Origin: Candidatus Microsaccharimonas sp. | GTDB taxonomy: Bacteria > Patescibacteriota > Saccharimonadia > Saccharimonadales > Saccharimonadaceae | Reading direction: 5' to 3' | Length of the DNA stretch: 64,000 nt | Assembly: GCA_049304275.1 (NCBI GenBank) | Contig: JBAQNZ010000017.1 | Coordinates: forward strand, 11,890 to 75,889 | Shown: positions 43,496-51,845 of the stretch, piece after piece | Position numbering within the stretch: the first letter of the stretch is position 1 | How the letters are laid out: every line of letters begins with the position of its first letter | Made by a program: the position numbers and the translations under genes | The notes under the pieces: model-generated | The model's database searches: none | The model's input: the letters and a program-made list of their open reading frames with translations, nothing else | What the model was told of the DNA's origin: nothing

Positions 43496-43947
43496 TAAAT
43501 GTCCTTTTGTTGCCTTCTCTGTTCAAGGATTTGGACAAAGTCATCAAGAGATTTAAATTCCTGGTACACGCTAGCGAAACGGACATAGGCAACTTCGTTA
43601 CGGCGGGCTAACTCATCAAGCACGTTGTCGCCAATTTGCTTTGAGGTTACCTCTGTCTCGCCGAGAGCGTAGACACTGTCTTCGATATCATCAATCATTT
43701 CTTCGACTTCGACCTCTGAAGTAAAGAATTTACCAACCGAACGACGAATCGCTGTCGCAAGTTTTTCGCGATCAAATAATTCACGAGCGCCGTTCTTTTT
43801 AATCACGGCGAGGTTTGGTTTTTCGATACGTTCATAGGTGGTAAAACGTTTACCATCTGGTGTTTCACGACGGCGGCGAATCGTGACACCGTCACTAACT
43901 TCGCGCGATTCTACCACTCGACTATCACCAATATTAATTCGTGTCAT
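43495..43947 (-). CDS. nrdR: NrdR-family transcriptional regulator (ATP-cone) lacking the zinc-ribbon cysteines
   Basis: Collinear with E. coli NrdR: DSRVVESR, IRRRR, RFTTYE, and the ATP-cone ending VAYVRFASVYQEF. The positions of both CxxC pairs are non-Cys. Confidence 0.75.
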   Translation of the reverse strand: MTRINIGDSRVVESREVSDGVTIRRRRETPDGKRFTTYERIEKPNLAVIKKNGARELFDREKLATAIRRSVGKFFTSEVEVEEMIDDIEDSVYALGETEVTSKQIGDNVLDELARRNEVAYVRFASVYQEFKSLDDFVQILEQRRQQKDI

Positions 43948-43950
43948 GAT

Positions 43951-45135
43951 CTACTCCTCTGTCTTTTTGTGCTTTTTGCGGCGACGTAGAAAAGCTGGTG
44001 TATCGGATTCATCATCTTTTTCGACCGAGTGATTCCACATATTTTCGCCGTTCTCTTCGGCAAAAATCTCGGCAGATCCACTTTGATCAAGGCTGAGGTC
44101 GACACTATCGACTGCTTCATCAGTCAAACGGGTTTCGGTTTGAGTTTCTTCGGGTCCATTGTCGGTTTCTTGGAAGTAGGCTGAATCGAATCCAGTTGCA
44201 ATCACCGTGATGATTAACTCGTCTTCGATTTCAGGTTTCAAGGTCGCTCCGAAGATGATGTTCGCATCAGGCGAAACAGCACTGGTGATGATCTCGGCTG
44301 CTTCCTGGATTTCGCTCATACTCATGTCGTAACCACCGGTCACGTTGAATAAAACACCCTTAGCACCATCAATTGATACTTCGATTAGTGGTGATTCAAT
44401 GGCCTGCTGTGCAGCCTGGGCGGCACGATTGTCGCCGCTAGCACGTCCAATACCCATCAGGGCTGAACCGGCATTACTCATAATCGCCTTTACGTCGGCA
44501 AAGTCGAGGTTGATCAGTCCGTGTTCAGTGATCAGTTCAGAGATGCCTTGAACACCCTGACGAAGGACGTCATCGGCAATTTTGAAGGTCTCTAATAGTG
44601 GCGTACGTCGGTCGATCGTCTGTAGTAAACGATCGTTAGGAATGGTGATGAGTGTATCGACGTGACGGCGAAGTTGGTTAATCGCCCAATCGGCGTTCGT
44701 ACGACGTTTTTGACCCTCAAAGCTGAACGGCTTTGTCGCAACGCCGACCACCAAGATACCCATTTCTCGGGCGACTTCAGCGACGACGTATCCTGCACCA
44801 CTTCCGGTTCCACCACCAGCACCAATCGTGACAAATACCATGTCAGCACCGGTCAATGCATCACGGATTTCATCGCGTGATTCGTTTGCGGCCGCTTCAC
44901 CAACCGAAGGATCAGCACCCGCACCCAGTCCACCCGTCGTGCTGTGGCCAAGATGAATTTTTATGTCTGCTTTTGAGTTATGGAGGGCTTGGGCGTCAGT
45001 GTTCATTGCAATGAACTGTACACCGGCAAGTCCGGCATCTTTCATGCGGTTGACGGCTGAACCGCCGGCACCACCAACACCAACCACCTTAATGCTGGCA
45101 AAGGTTTGGATGTCACTTGGTTTCACTTCAGGCAT
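43951..45135 (-). CDS. ftsZ: Cell division GTPase FtsZ
   Basis: GGGTGSGAG tubulin signature and NTDAQAL. The C-terminal tail is [11 protein letters not shown]. Confidence 0.95.
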   Translation of the reverse strand: MPEVKPSDIQTFASIKVVGVGGAGGSAVNRMKDAGLAGVQFIAMNTDAQALHNSKADIKIHLGHSTTGGLGAGADPSVGEAAANESRDEIRDALTGADMVFVTIGAGGGTGSGAGYVVAEVAREMGILVVGVATKPFSFEGQKRRTNADWAINQLRRHVDTLITIPNDRLLQTIDRRTPLLETFKIADDVLRQGVQGISELITEHGLINLDFADVKAIMSNAGSALMGIGRASGDNRAAQAAQQAIESPLIEVSIDGAKGVLFNVTGGYDMSMSEIQEAAEIITSAVSPDANIIFGATLKPEIEDELIITVIATGFDSAYFQETDNGPEETQTETRLTDEAVDSVDLSLDQSGSAEIFAEENGENMWNHSVEKDDESDTPAFLRRRKKHKKTEE

Positions 45136-45204
45136 ACGTCTGTTATCTCCCCGATATACTCTTATACTGCCCTTAGTATAACACTTTGCGAAGAAACGAA
45201 AATA

Positions 45205-46434
45205 CTAGGCGCGGAAACGAGCAAATAATTTAGACACGAATCCGCCAGCAGACTTGATGTTCATCGTACTTTTTTTGTTCGGTGTTCGTCCCGCTAGGCG
45301 TTCGGCATCTATTAACATCAGTCCGATTGCCGTTGCAAAAGATGGTTTCTCGATATTATCTGCAACTCCACCATAGCCGGTTGGCTTGCCAATTCGTGCT
45401 GCCAGACCTAAATACTCTTTAGCATATTCATCGATATGTTTCAGTTGGGCGGTGCCTCCCGTCAGTACGACACCACTTGGCAACTTGCCGGCACGGCCAG
45501 CTTTTTTCAGTTCATGTTGAACAGCTTCAAAAATTTCTTCTAAGCGAGCTTCGACGATTTCATCAATATCCTTTGTTTCAAAACTGTGAATGTCACCTTC
45601 GTGTTTCAAACTGATACCTGCGTTATCTTTTCGAGCAACGGCCGAGGCATGTTCTAATTTAATTTTTTCAGCGATTTCAGGATCAGTTTTGAGGCCAATC
45701 GCTAAGTCGTTGGTAATATTGACTCCTCCGACAGGGACAACCGCAGTGTACTGCAAATCCCCTTCTTCATACACGGCAATACTTGTCGTTGCTCCACCGA
45801 TATCGATGATGGCAACACCATTCTCGATTTGCTGTTCACCTAACACCGCTCGAGCTGCCGCGACAGCCGTCACTACCACTGAATGTGGTTCGACTTTTGC
45901 GGTTTCAGCTGCCTTTTGAACGTTCACTAGATATGGGGTCAGCCCAGAAATAACATGCGCGTCGATTTCAAGGCGCGTACCAGTCATACCGATCGGGTCT
46001 TTGATATTATCTTGGCCGTCTAATTTATAGGCATGCGGGATAATATCTAAAATTTCACGGTTTGCAGGCACTTTACCCAGTGTCGCCACCTCTTCAATAC
46101 GTGCCAAGTCGTCGCGAGTAATCTCGTGATCGGGCGTACCAACAGCAACCATCCCATCGGCGTGCGTACTAAGAATATGCGCACCGTTTACGCTAATCGT
46201 TGCCCCGTCAACTTGATAACCGCTCATTCGCTCGGCTTCACCCAAAGCATCATCAATCGCCTGTGCAGGACCATTTAAATTAACGACCACGCCTTTGCGC
46301 ATGCCGCTGTTATGAGCCTGACCGACACCAACAATCGTCGGAACACCGGTTGTACCGTCGATGTGTGCGACGACTGTTCTGACAGTTGTCGTGCCTATGT
46401 CGATACCGACGGCGTAGGAAGAACCTTCTTGCAT
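45205..46434 (-). CDS. ftsA: Cell division protein FtsA
   Basis: Actin-fold motifs (VGIDIGTTTVR, IIDIGGATTSIAV, VLTGGTAQL) and a C-terminal amphipathic tail. Lies upstream of ftsZ. Confidence 0.9.
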   Translation of the reverse strand: MQEGSSYAVGIDIGTTTVRTVVAHIDGTTGVPTIVGVGQAHNSGMRKGVVVNLNGPAQAIDDALGEAERMSGYQVDGATISVNGAHILSTHADGMVAVGTPDHEITRDDLARIEEVATLGKVPANREILDIIPHAYKLDGQDNIKDPIGMTGTRLEIDAHVISGLTPYLVNVQKAAETAKVEPHSVVVTAVAAARAVLGEQQIENGVAIIDIGGATTSIAVYEEGDLQYTAVVPVGGVNITNDLAIGLKTDPEIAEKIKLEHASAVARKDNAGISLKHEGDIHSFETKDIDEIVEARLEEIFEAVQHELKKAGRAGKLPSGVVLTGGTAQLKHIDEYAKEYLGLAARIGKPTGYGGVADNIEKPSFATAIGLMLIDAERLAGRTPNKKSTMNIKSAGGFVSKLFARFRA

Positions 46435-46494
46435 GTCCCTAAGTATACCGCTTACGTCTGGTGTTGCAAAGTTTTAATAGCTAAAAAGCCAGAA

Positions 46495-46745
46495 GCTAAT
46501 CGCCAAACACTCCTACATCTCGGAGGCCGCTCTATGGGGAACTTTGTTCGCCCATGGCGCTCGGCTCGCCCTTACGGGGACATCCTCCTCTTTGCAGGAG
46601 TGTTCGGCGATTAGCCACATATATTAGCCCATTCTTTATCAGCGTTTTCTTGAGGAGGATGTCCCCTCCAGGGCGAGCCGAGCGCCACAGGCTGACGAAG
46701 TCACCTGTAGAGCGGCCTCCGAGAGAGAATGATGATAAAGAATGG
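46495..46745. repeat. Nested inverted-repeat element (A-B-A'-C-B'-C'); candidate structured ncRNA or MITE/REP-like element
   Basis: A 46495-46514 pairs with A' 46596-46615 (one mismatch). B 46519-46590 pairs with B' 46652-46723. C 46629-46641 pairs with C' 46733-46745. Details are in the findings. Confidence 0.8.
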
Positions 46746-46748
46746 AAC

Positions 46749-47504
46749 TTATAGTCTTGTGAGAATTTCAACACCGTCTTCGGTGACAAGAACGGTGTGC
46801 TCAAAATGTGCTGCCATACTGCCATCACGTGTCGAAATTGTCCACTTGTCGTCGTCTACACGGATCTTCTCACCACCAAGAGTCGCCATCGGCTCGATTG
46901 CGATCGTATCACCAGGTGTCAGTAATTTACCAGTTCCCCTGCGGCCATAGTTCGGAACTTCGGGGGCTTCGTGCATTTCGTGACCAACTCCGTGTCCTAC
47001 CAACTCGCGAATAATACCTAGTTTTGCCTCGTTCAAGACTTTTTCAACAGCAGCACCAATATCTCCGATGCGGACGGGGCCCTTAATTGCATCAATGCCA
47101 GCGTATAAGCTTCGTTCGGTGGCATTAATGAGGTGCTTTTGCACTCCGTTCGGCTCATTGCCGACCACCATCGTAAAGGCACTGTCAGTTTTCATTCCCT
47201 TGTACGTAATAACGAGGTCAAAGCTAACAATGTCACCTTTTTGTAGAACGTATTCAGTTGGAATACCGTGAACAATTTGATCGTTTGTCGAAATACACAC
47301 GACGTTCGGGAAATTAACTTCGGATGTTTTATAGGTAGCGATGGCGCCCAGTCGTGCGATTTCTTTTTCCACCCAGCTATCGAGTTCTAGTTCGCTAACG
47401 CCTGGTTCTACCTGTGCTCGCAGTCCCTCGAAAATAGTAGCTAAGATCTTGCCACCTTCGCGCATTGCCTGAATTTCAGCCTCGGTTTTTTGTTTCTGCA
47501 CCAC
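46749..47504 (-). CDS. map: Methionine aminopeptidase, type I
   Basis: Metal ligands in the expected pattern (DIVSFD, FTMVVG, GHGVGHEMHE, IEPM, FEHT). 251 aa. Confidence 0.95.
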   Translation of the reverse strand: MVQKQKTEAEIQAMREGGKILATIFEGLRAQVEPGVSELELDSWVEKEIARLGAIATYKTSEVNFPNVVCISTNDQIVHGIPTEYVLQKGDIVSFDLVITYKGMKTDSAFTMVVGNEPNGVQKHLINATERSLYAGIDAIKGPVRIGDIGAAVEKVLNEAKLGIIRELVGHGVGHEMHEAPEVPNYGRRGTGKLLTPGDTIAIEPMATLGGEKIRVDDDKWTISTRDGSMAAHFEHTVLVTEDGVEILTRL

Positions 47505-48049
47505 TAGGCTAGCCCTCGACTTGTCAGCTCCTGCGCAATGCGATCATGCACCTGTCCCACCGAACCGATACCGTCAACGTGAACGACAGGAATATTCTGT
47601 TCAGTAAAGTACGCAAGAATTGGATACATTTCCTGACGATAAATATTCAATCTTTCATCGATAGCTTCAGAAGTGTCATCAGCACGACCACGAATATGGA
47701 GGCGGTTCAGCAGCTCTTCGTACGGTACTTCCAAAACGATCACGATACCGACTGAACGAGCATGTTCAGGCTGGCTGTCAATCAGCCATGTAGCTTGTTC
47801 GAGTTTACGAGGAAAGCCATCAAGGATAACGCGATCAACGTCGTGCGCACGCTTCAATGCCTCGCCCATAATACGAATGATCATGTCGTGCGAGACTAAC
47901 TGACCGGTCTGTAATCCTTCGATAATTTCAGGATCGTGAGTGTCACGCAGTAGTTGCCCAGCACTTAACCAACGCCACCCCATTCGAGCAGCCAACATCT
48001 GTCCCTGTACACTTTTACCCGAGCCCGCTGGGCCAAAAAATACAATCAT
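47504..48049 (-). CDS. adk: Adenylate kinase (short-lid form)
   Basis: P-loop GPAGSGKSVQG, ILDGFPRKLEQA and GRADD. It lies upstream of map, as in the canonical secY-adk-map order. Confidence 0.8.
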   Translation of the reverse strand: MIVFFGPAGSGKSVQGQMLAARMGWRWLSAGQLLRDTHDPEIIEGLQTGQLVSHDMIIRIMGEALKRAHDVDRVILDGFPRKLEQATWLIDSQPEHARSVGIVIVLEVPYEELLNRLHIRGRADDTSEAIDERLNIYRQEMYPILAYFTEQNIPVVHVDGIGSVGQVHDRIAQELTSRGLA

Positions 48050-48076
48050 GTCTCTATGATATACGGACGATAAGGG

Positions 48077-48529
48077 TTATGACAATGCTTCTTTAACAAG
48101 TCGAGCGATGGTTCCCCCGTCAGCTGCATTACCAAGCTTGCCTTTGACGACACCGATAACTTGGCCCATAGCTGCAGGACCACTGACGCCAAGAGTGGCA
48201 ATAGCCTCTGTAATAGCTGTCTGGATATCAGCTTCTGATAATTGTTCAGGTAAGTATGCTTCAAGTACTTTTGATTCGGCTTTTTCAGCTTCGACTAGTT
48301 CTGGTCGGCCAGCCGCTTCGTACTGGGTGGCACTGTCTTGGCGTTTTTTGACTTCACGAGCGATCAGTTTTTCAATCGTCTCGTCGTCGAGCCCTTCATC
48401 GCGTCTACCCTGAGCAACTTCTTCATTAAGAATGACTGCTTTTAGTCCACGCAGGACTTCGGCAACAAAACGATCACCGCCCAAAAGGGCGGCTTTTAAA
48501 TCGTTATCGAGTTGGGCTTTGAGGGCCAC
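48077..48529 (-). CDS. GatB/YqeY domain-containing protein
   Basis: LKAQLDNDLKAALLGGD...RQDSATQYEAAGRPELVEAEKAE...MGQVIGVVKGK, a typical YqeY pattern. Follows rpsU, as in many Gram-positives. Confidence 0.8.
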   Translation of the reverse strand: MALKAQLDNDLKAALLGGDRFVAEVLRGLKAVILNEEVAQGRRDEGLDDETIEKLIAREVKKRQDSATQYEAAGRPELVEAEKAESKVLEAYLPEQLSEADIQTAITEAIATLGVSGPAAMGQVIGVVKGKLGNAADGGTIARLVKEALS

Positions 48530-48531
48530 TG

Positions 48532-48747
48532 TTATTTGAGTCCTAAACGAGCCTTATTCAGCTTGTCGCTCTTACGTTCTTTGCGAATGATTGCTTTGAT
48601 ACGACGCTCGGGTTTACTAATTGGCTTGGCAAATCGCATTGAAGCTTTAGCTTCAGCTAATACACCACTTTGCAGCACTTTGCGGTTGAAACGACGAATA
48701 ATATTTTCGTTCGCTTCGCGTTCATCTTTACGGGTTACTTGTACCAT
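48532..48747 (-). CDS. rpsU: 30S ribosomal protein S21
   Basis: 71 aa, basic, with ENIIRRFNRKVLQSGVLAEAKASMRFAKPSE-like pattern. Confidence 0.9.
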   Translation of the reverse strand: MVQVTRKDEREANENIIRRFNRKVLQSGVLAEAKASMRFAKPISKPERRIKAIIRKERKSDKLNKARLGLK

Positions 48748-48792
48748 ATTGTAAGTATTGTAACAGATTGAGATCAGTTCGACAAGAGTAAA

Positions 48793-49092
48793 CTAGTCCC
48801 AACCGAGATATGTTTGTTTAACCGGTTTTAAAGGTAGACTTACTTCGGGATCGATATCCCACATGCGACGAGGGTTGGGACTGTAGGTCAAGGCATCTTG
48901 ATTAAAGGTGAAAGGAACGGTCGCAGCACTAATGATACGCCGACCAGTCGCTTCTTGGACAGCCAAGGCAACTTCCGTAATAACAATCGGTTGAACAGTG
49001 AAGTCACGATCCTTATCGCCGTCCAAAGCGAAGCAGGGCAGGCTCTCTCTTCGTTCGGCATTCTGCGTATCGGTGTCGGTCGGGTTCGTCAT
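48793..49092 (-). CDS. Hypothetical protein (99 aa)
   Basis: ORF co-directional with its neighbours. No motif recognised. Confidence 0.35.
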   Translation of the reverse strand: MTNPTDTDTQNAERRESLPCFALDGDKDRDFTVQPIVITEVALAVQEATGRRIISAATVPFTFNQDALTYSPNPRRMWDIDPEVSLPLKPVKQTYLGWD

Positions 49093-49148
49093 GTTCTCTC
49101 CTAATTCTTCATCGTAATACGCTGGCGATTTTTACAGACAAAGCATAA

Positions 49149-50774
49149 TCACTTTAATTCAAGATGAAGCAACTGACCTTCAACGCTTCGTCGCCCCTGC
49201 CATTCGTTGACATCTGCCGTATACCACACAGATACTTTTTCACCTGGTTCAACAAAGAGATATGCTTGGGCGCTAAACGCAATCATATCGATCGTCTCGC
49301 CGGTTTCGCTTTTGAGTGTCAGTTTGACGTGCTGATTGTCAGCACCCATGCGACGCTGATTCACCACAATCAGTTCATGAGATTTCAAGATTGGCTGCGG
49401 ATTGCCATGACCAAATGGCTCAAGTTTCTTAATATCCTCAACCAGTTCTTCGGTTACTTCTGCTAGTAATGCGTCGACATCGGCCTGCGGAAGCAAAAGG
49501 GCTGCTTGGTTTTCAAGCTTTTGCCGAGCGTAAAAATCATTAACACGCATTCGAAATGCAGGGATGTTAGCAGTCGGTAATGTTACCCCGGCAGCCAATT
49601 TGTGGCCACCGCCCTTTGTGATGAGATCATCGGCACTCCGAATCGCATCGACAGCGCTAAAATCACCATAACTACGGGCCGAACCTTTTGCCTCGCTCCC
49701 CATTTCCTCGAGGACAAAGGTTGGTTTCTTGTACTTTTCAAGAAGTTTCGCAGCGACGATTCCCACAATGCCGTGATTCCAGCCAGCGCTACTCACCACC
49801 AATACAGGATCACTCGGTAATTTGTCGGCCTGAACTATGGCTTCTTTTAAAATCTTGTCCTGTTCCGTGCGCCGCGCCTTATTCATGTCATCCAGCTGAC
49901 GGGCAATCGTCAGCGCCGCCATCGGATCTTCGCTCGTGAGAAGATTCAGGGCATACTCGGCAGTCTCGAGGCGCCCTGCAGCGTTCATACGTGGCCCCAA
50001 GCCAAAGCCAAGGCTACGCGCATTCACACTGCGTGGCTCAATACCTGCAACGGCCATTAAAGCTTTCAATCCTGGACGACGCGTCTGCGCCAAAACCTTT
50101 AGTCCCCAATAGACATTGGTTCGGTTCTCGTCTACCAGCGTCACGACGTCGCAGACAGTTCCTAGCGCCACCAAATCAAGCAACCATTTCTCTTGGCCCT
50201 TCTCTAAACCAGTCAGTACGGTCTGTAATGCCTGAACTAGTTTAAATGCCACGCCAACACCCGCGAGATCGATGAACGGATAGCTGTGGTCGGTTCGCTT
50301 TGGATTGATCGTCGCAATAGCCGGTGGTGGCGTATCAGCAACGTTATGGTGATCGGTCACAATCACGTCGACACCCAATTCGTTCGCGCGGGTGATTTCT
50401 TTGTGACTCAAACTGCCACAGTCGACCGTAATGATCAGCTGTGCTTTGTCGGCCACAATTCGTTCGATTGCATCAACCGTTAATCCGTAACCTTCGACGA
50501 AACGATTTGGAATAAAGGCTTTAACATGTTCAAACCCAAATGATTTCAAAGCATCAATCAGCAGTGTTGTCGCTGTCAGGCCATCGATGTCGTAGTCGCC
50601 GTAAATGGTAATTCGTTCCTGTTTTTCCCGAGCGATCTTTAGTCGATCGACCGCCGCCTGCATGTCGGGTAACAAAAATGGGTCATGTTTCGTTTCATAA
50701 TCCGGCGATAAAAAAACCGCCCGTTTCTCGGGCGTCATTCCTCGTGCGACTAAGATTGCATCGAGAAGGCTCAT
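49149..50774 (-). CDS. recJ: Single-stranded-DNA-specific exonuclease RecJ
   Basis: DHH family motifs: IYGDYDIDGLT, VDCGS, TDHHN, followed by a DHHA1 domain (GGHKLAAG). Confidence 0.9.
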   Translation of the reverse strand: MSLLDAILVARGMTPEKRAVFLSPDYETKHDPFLLPDMQAAVDRLKIAREKQERITIYGDYDIDGLTATTLLIDALKSFGFEHVKAFIPNRFVEGYGLTVDAIERIVADKAQLIITVDCGSLSHKEITRANELGVDVIVTDHHNVADTPPPAIATINPKRTDHSYPFIDLAGVGVAFKLVQALQTVLTGLEKGQEKWLLDLVALGTVCDVVTLVDENRTNVYWGLKVLAQTRRPGLKALMAVAGIEPRSVNARSLGFGLGPRMNAAGRLETAEYALNLLTSEDPMAALTIARQLDDMNKARRTEQDKILKEAIVQADKLPSDPVLVVSSAGWNHGIVGIVAAKLLEKYKKPTFVLEEMGSEAKGSARSYGDFSAVDAIRSADDLITKGGGHKLAAGVTLPTANIPAFRMRVNDFYARQKLENQAALLLPQADVDALLAEVTEELVEDIKKLEPFGHGNPQPILKSHELIVVNQRRMGADNQHVKLTLKSETGETIDMIAFSAQAYLFVEPGEKVSVWYTADVNEWQGRRSVEGQLLHLELK

Positions 50775-51076
50775 CAGGCAACTTCAGAAGACGAACGTTT
50801 CGGCCGTGCGGCCTGTTGTTGTGACTTGATCACAATGCTCTGCAACTCTTTAAAAATCGGGAATTGCTTGTTCGTTGCGTAGATTTTAGTGTTTCCTTGG
50901 CGTTCGCTGGTAAGAAATCCGACCTTCTCAAGGCGTTTCAGCTCACGCTGAATGTTCCCTGGATCTTCCTTGATAAGCTTGGCGAGGCCACGAACGTGTG
51001 TACGAAAATCAGGATACTTGGCATAGACAACAACAATCTTGCGCCGCACCCGAGATGTAATAAAAACGTCTAACAT
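50774..51076 (-). CDS. Winged-helix (ArsR/PadR-like) transcriptional regulator
   Basis: 100 aa. GLAKLIKEDPGNIQRELKRLEKVGFLTSERQGNTKIY is an HTH plus wing pattern. Confidence 0.55.
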   Translation of the reverse strand: MLDVFITSRVRRKIVVVYAKYPDFRTHVRGLAKLIKEDPGNIQRELKRLEKVGFLTSERQGNTKIYATNKQFPIFKELQSIVIKSQQQAARPKRSSSEVA

Positions 51077-51146
51077 AGCTCCCCTTGGTTAATACACACA
51101 CGCCTCATACGTTGATTTTTATTCTACACTTTTTCACTATCGACGG

Positions 51147-51803
51147 TCAACGCCAATTCAGGACAATTTTATTAATTTTCGCAACAGTTTCCTCATGAGA
51201 CGGGATGGTATTCTGGTTATAATAGTGGTCCGTACCAAGGTAATTTTCTTTTACATCCAGGACGTGCAACTCGTCAGCTAACATGTGAAGTTTATCGACT
51301 GCCTGAACCGACGCAACTGGTGTGGCGATCACCAAGCGGTTAATGCGGATAGGCTTTAAAAAGTCGACGGCGACATCGATCGATGCCCCATTGTCTAGGC
51401 CGTCGGCAATCAAAATAACGGTATGGTCGCGCAACATTTCGCTATCGATCAGTCCGCCGTCACCTAGTAGACGATTCATTTTCTGAAAGGCCTCGCGCTT
51501 TTGTTCTTCCAGGTAGCCGTGAAATTCACTGGTGTACTCTTCGATTTCACCGGCCGAGAACATGCCATTGTAAGTAAAGCCTCCGTTTTCTGAAACACCA
51601 CCGAAACTAGCATTCTCACCAGGAATCTCAATATTCTCTATCAAAAGCATCGTCAGAATACAGTGCAGGGCCGTGGCGACCTGTTCACCAACAATCACTC
51701 CGCCATCACTGAGGGCGACGACTGCACAGTTCTCATAACGATAGCGTTCGAATAAGGCTGCCGCGAGTTTTTGACCGGCTTCTTCACGACTCTCAAAATA
51801 CAT
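51147..51803 (-). CDS. Phosphoribosyltransferase-fold protein
   Basis: PRPP-binding-loop-like segment VILIADGLDNGAS preceded by hydrophobic strands. 218 aa. Confidence 0.6.
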   Translation of the reverse strand: MYFESREEAGQKLAAALFERYRYENCAVVALSDGGVIVGEQVATALHCILTMLLIENIEIPGENASFGGVSENGGFTYNGMFSAGEIEEYTSEFHGYLEEQKREAFQKMNRLLGDGGLIDSEMLRDHTVILIADGLDNGASIDVAVDFLKPIRINRLVIATPVASVQAVDKLHMLADELHVLDVKENYLGTDHYYNQNTIPSHEETVAKINKIVLNWR

Positions 51804-51830
51804 ATGCTTATTTTAGCATGGCCGGCGCAG

Positions 51831-51836
51831 TATACT
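51831..51836 (+). promoter_or_regulatory. -10 box TATACT, 9 nt upstream of the priA ATG at 51846 (leaderless-type)
   Basis: Sequence tatact-ggatacagt-ATG. Confidence 0.4.
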
Positions 51837-51845
51837 GGATACAGT

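Noticed and set aside
46312-46828. Three overlapping ORFs (46312-46614 plus, 46532-46828 minus, 46554-46754 plus) in the map-ftsA spacer, encoding similar RSARPxGDILL peptides.
   Set aside because: The similarity is a trivial consequence of the inverted repeat. The ORFs run into the ftsA and map coding regions in the wrong frames and lack start-site context. The region is better explained as a structured non-coding element.
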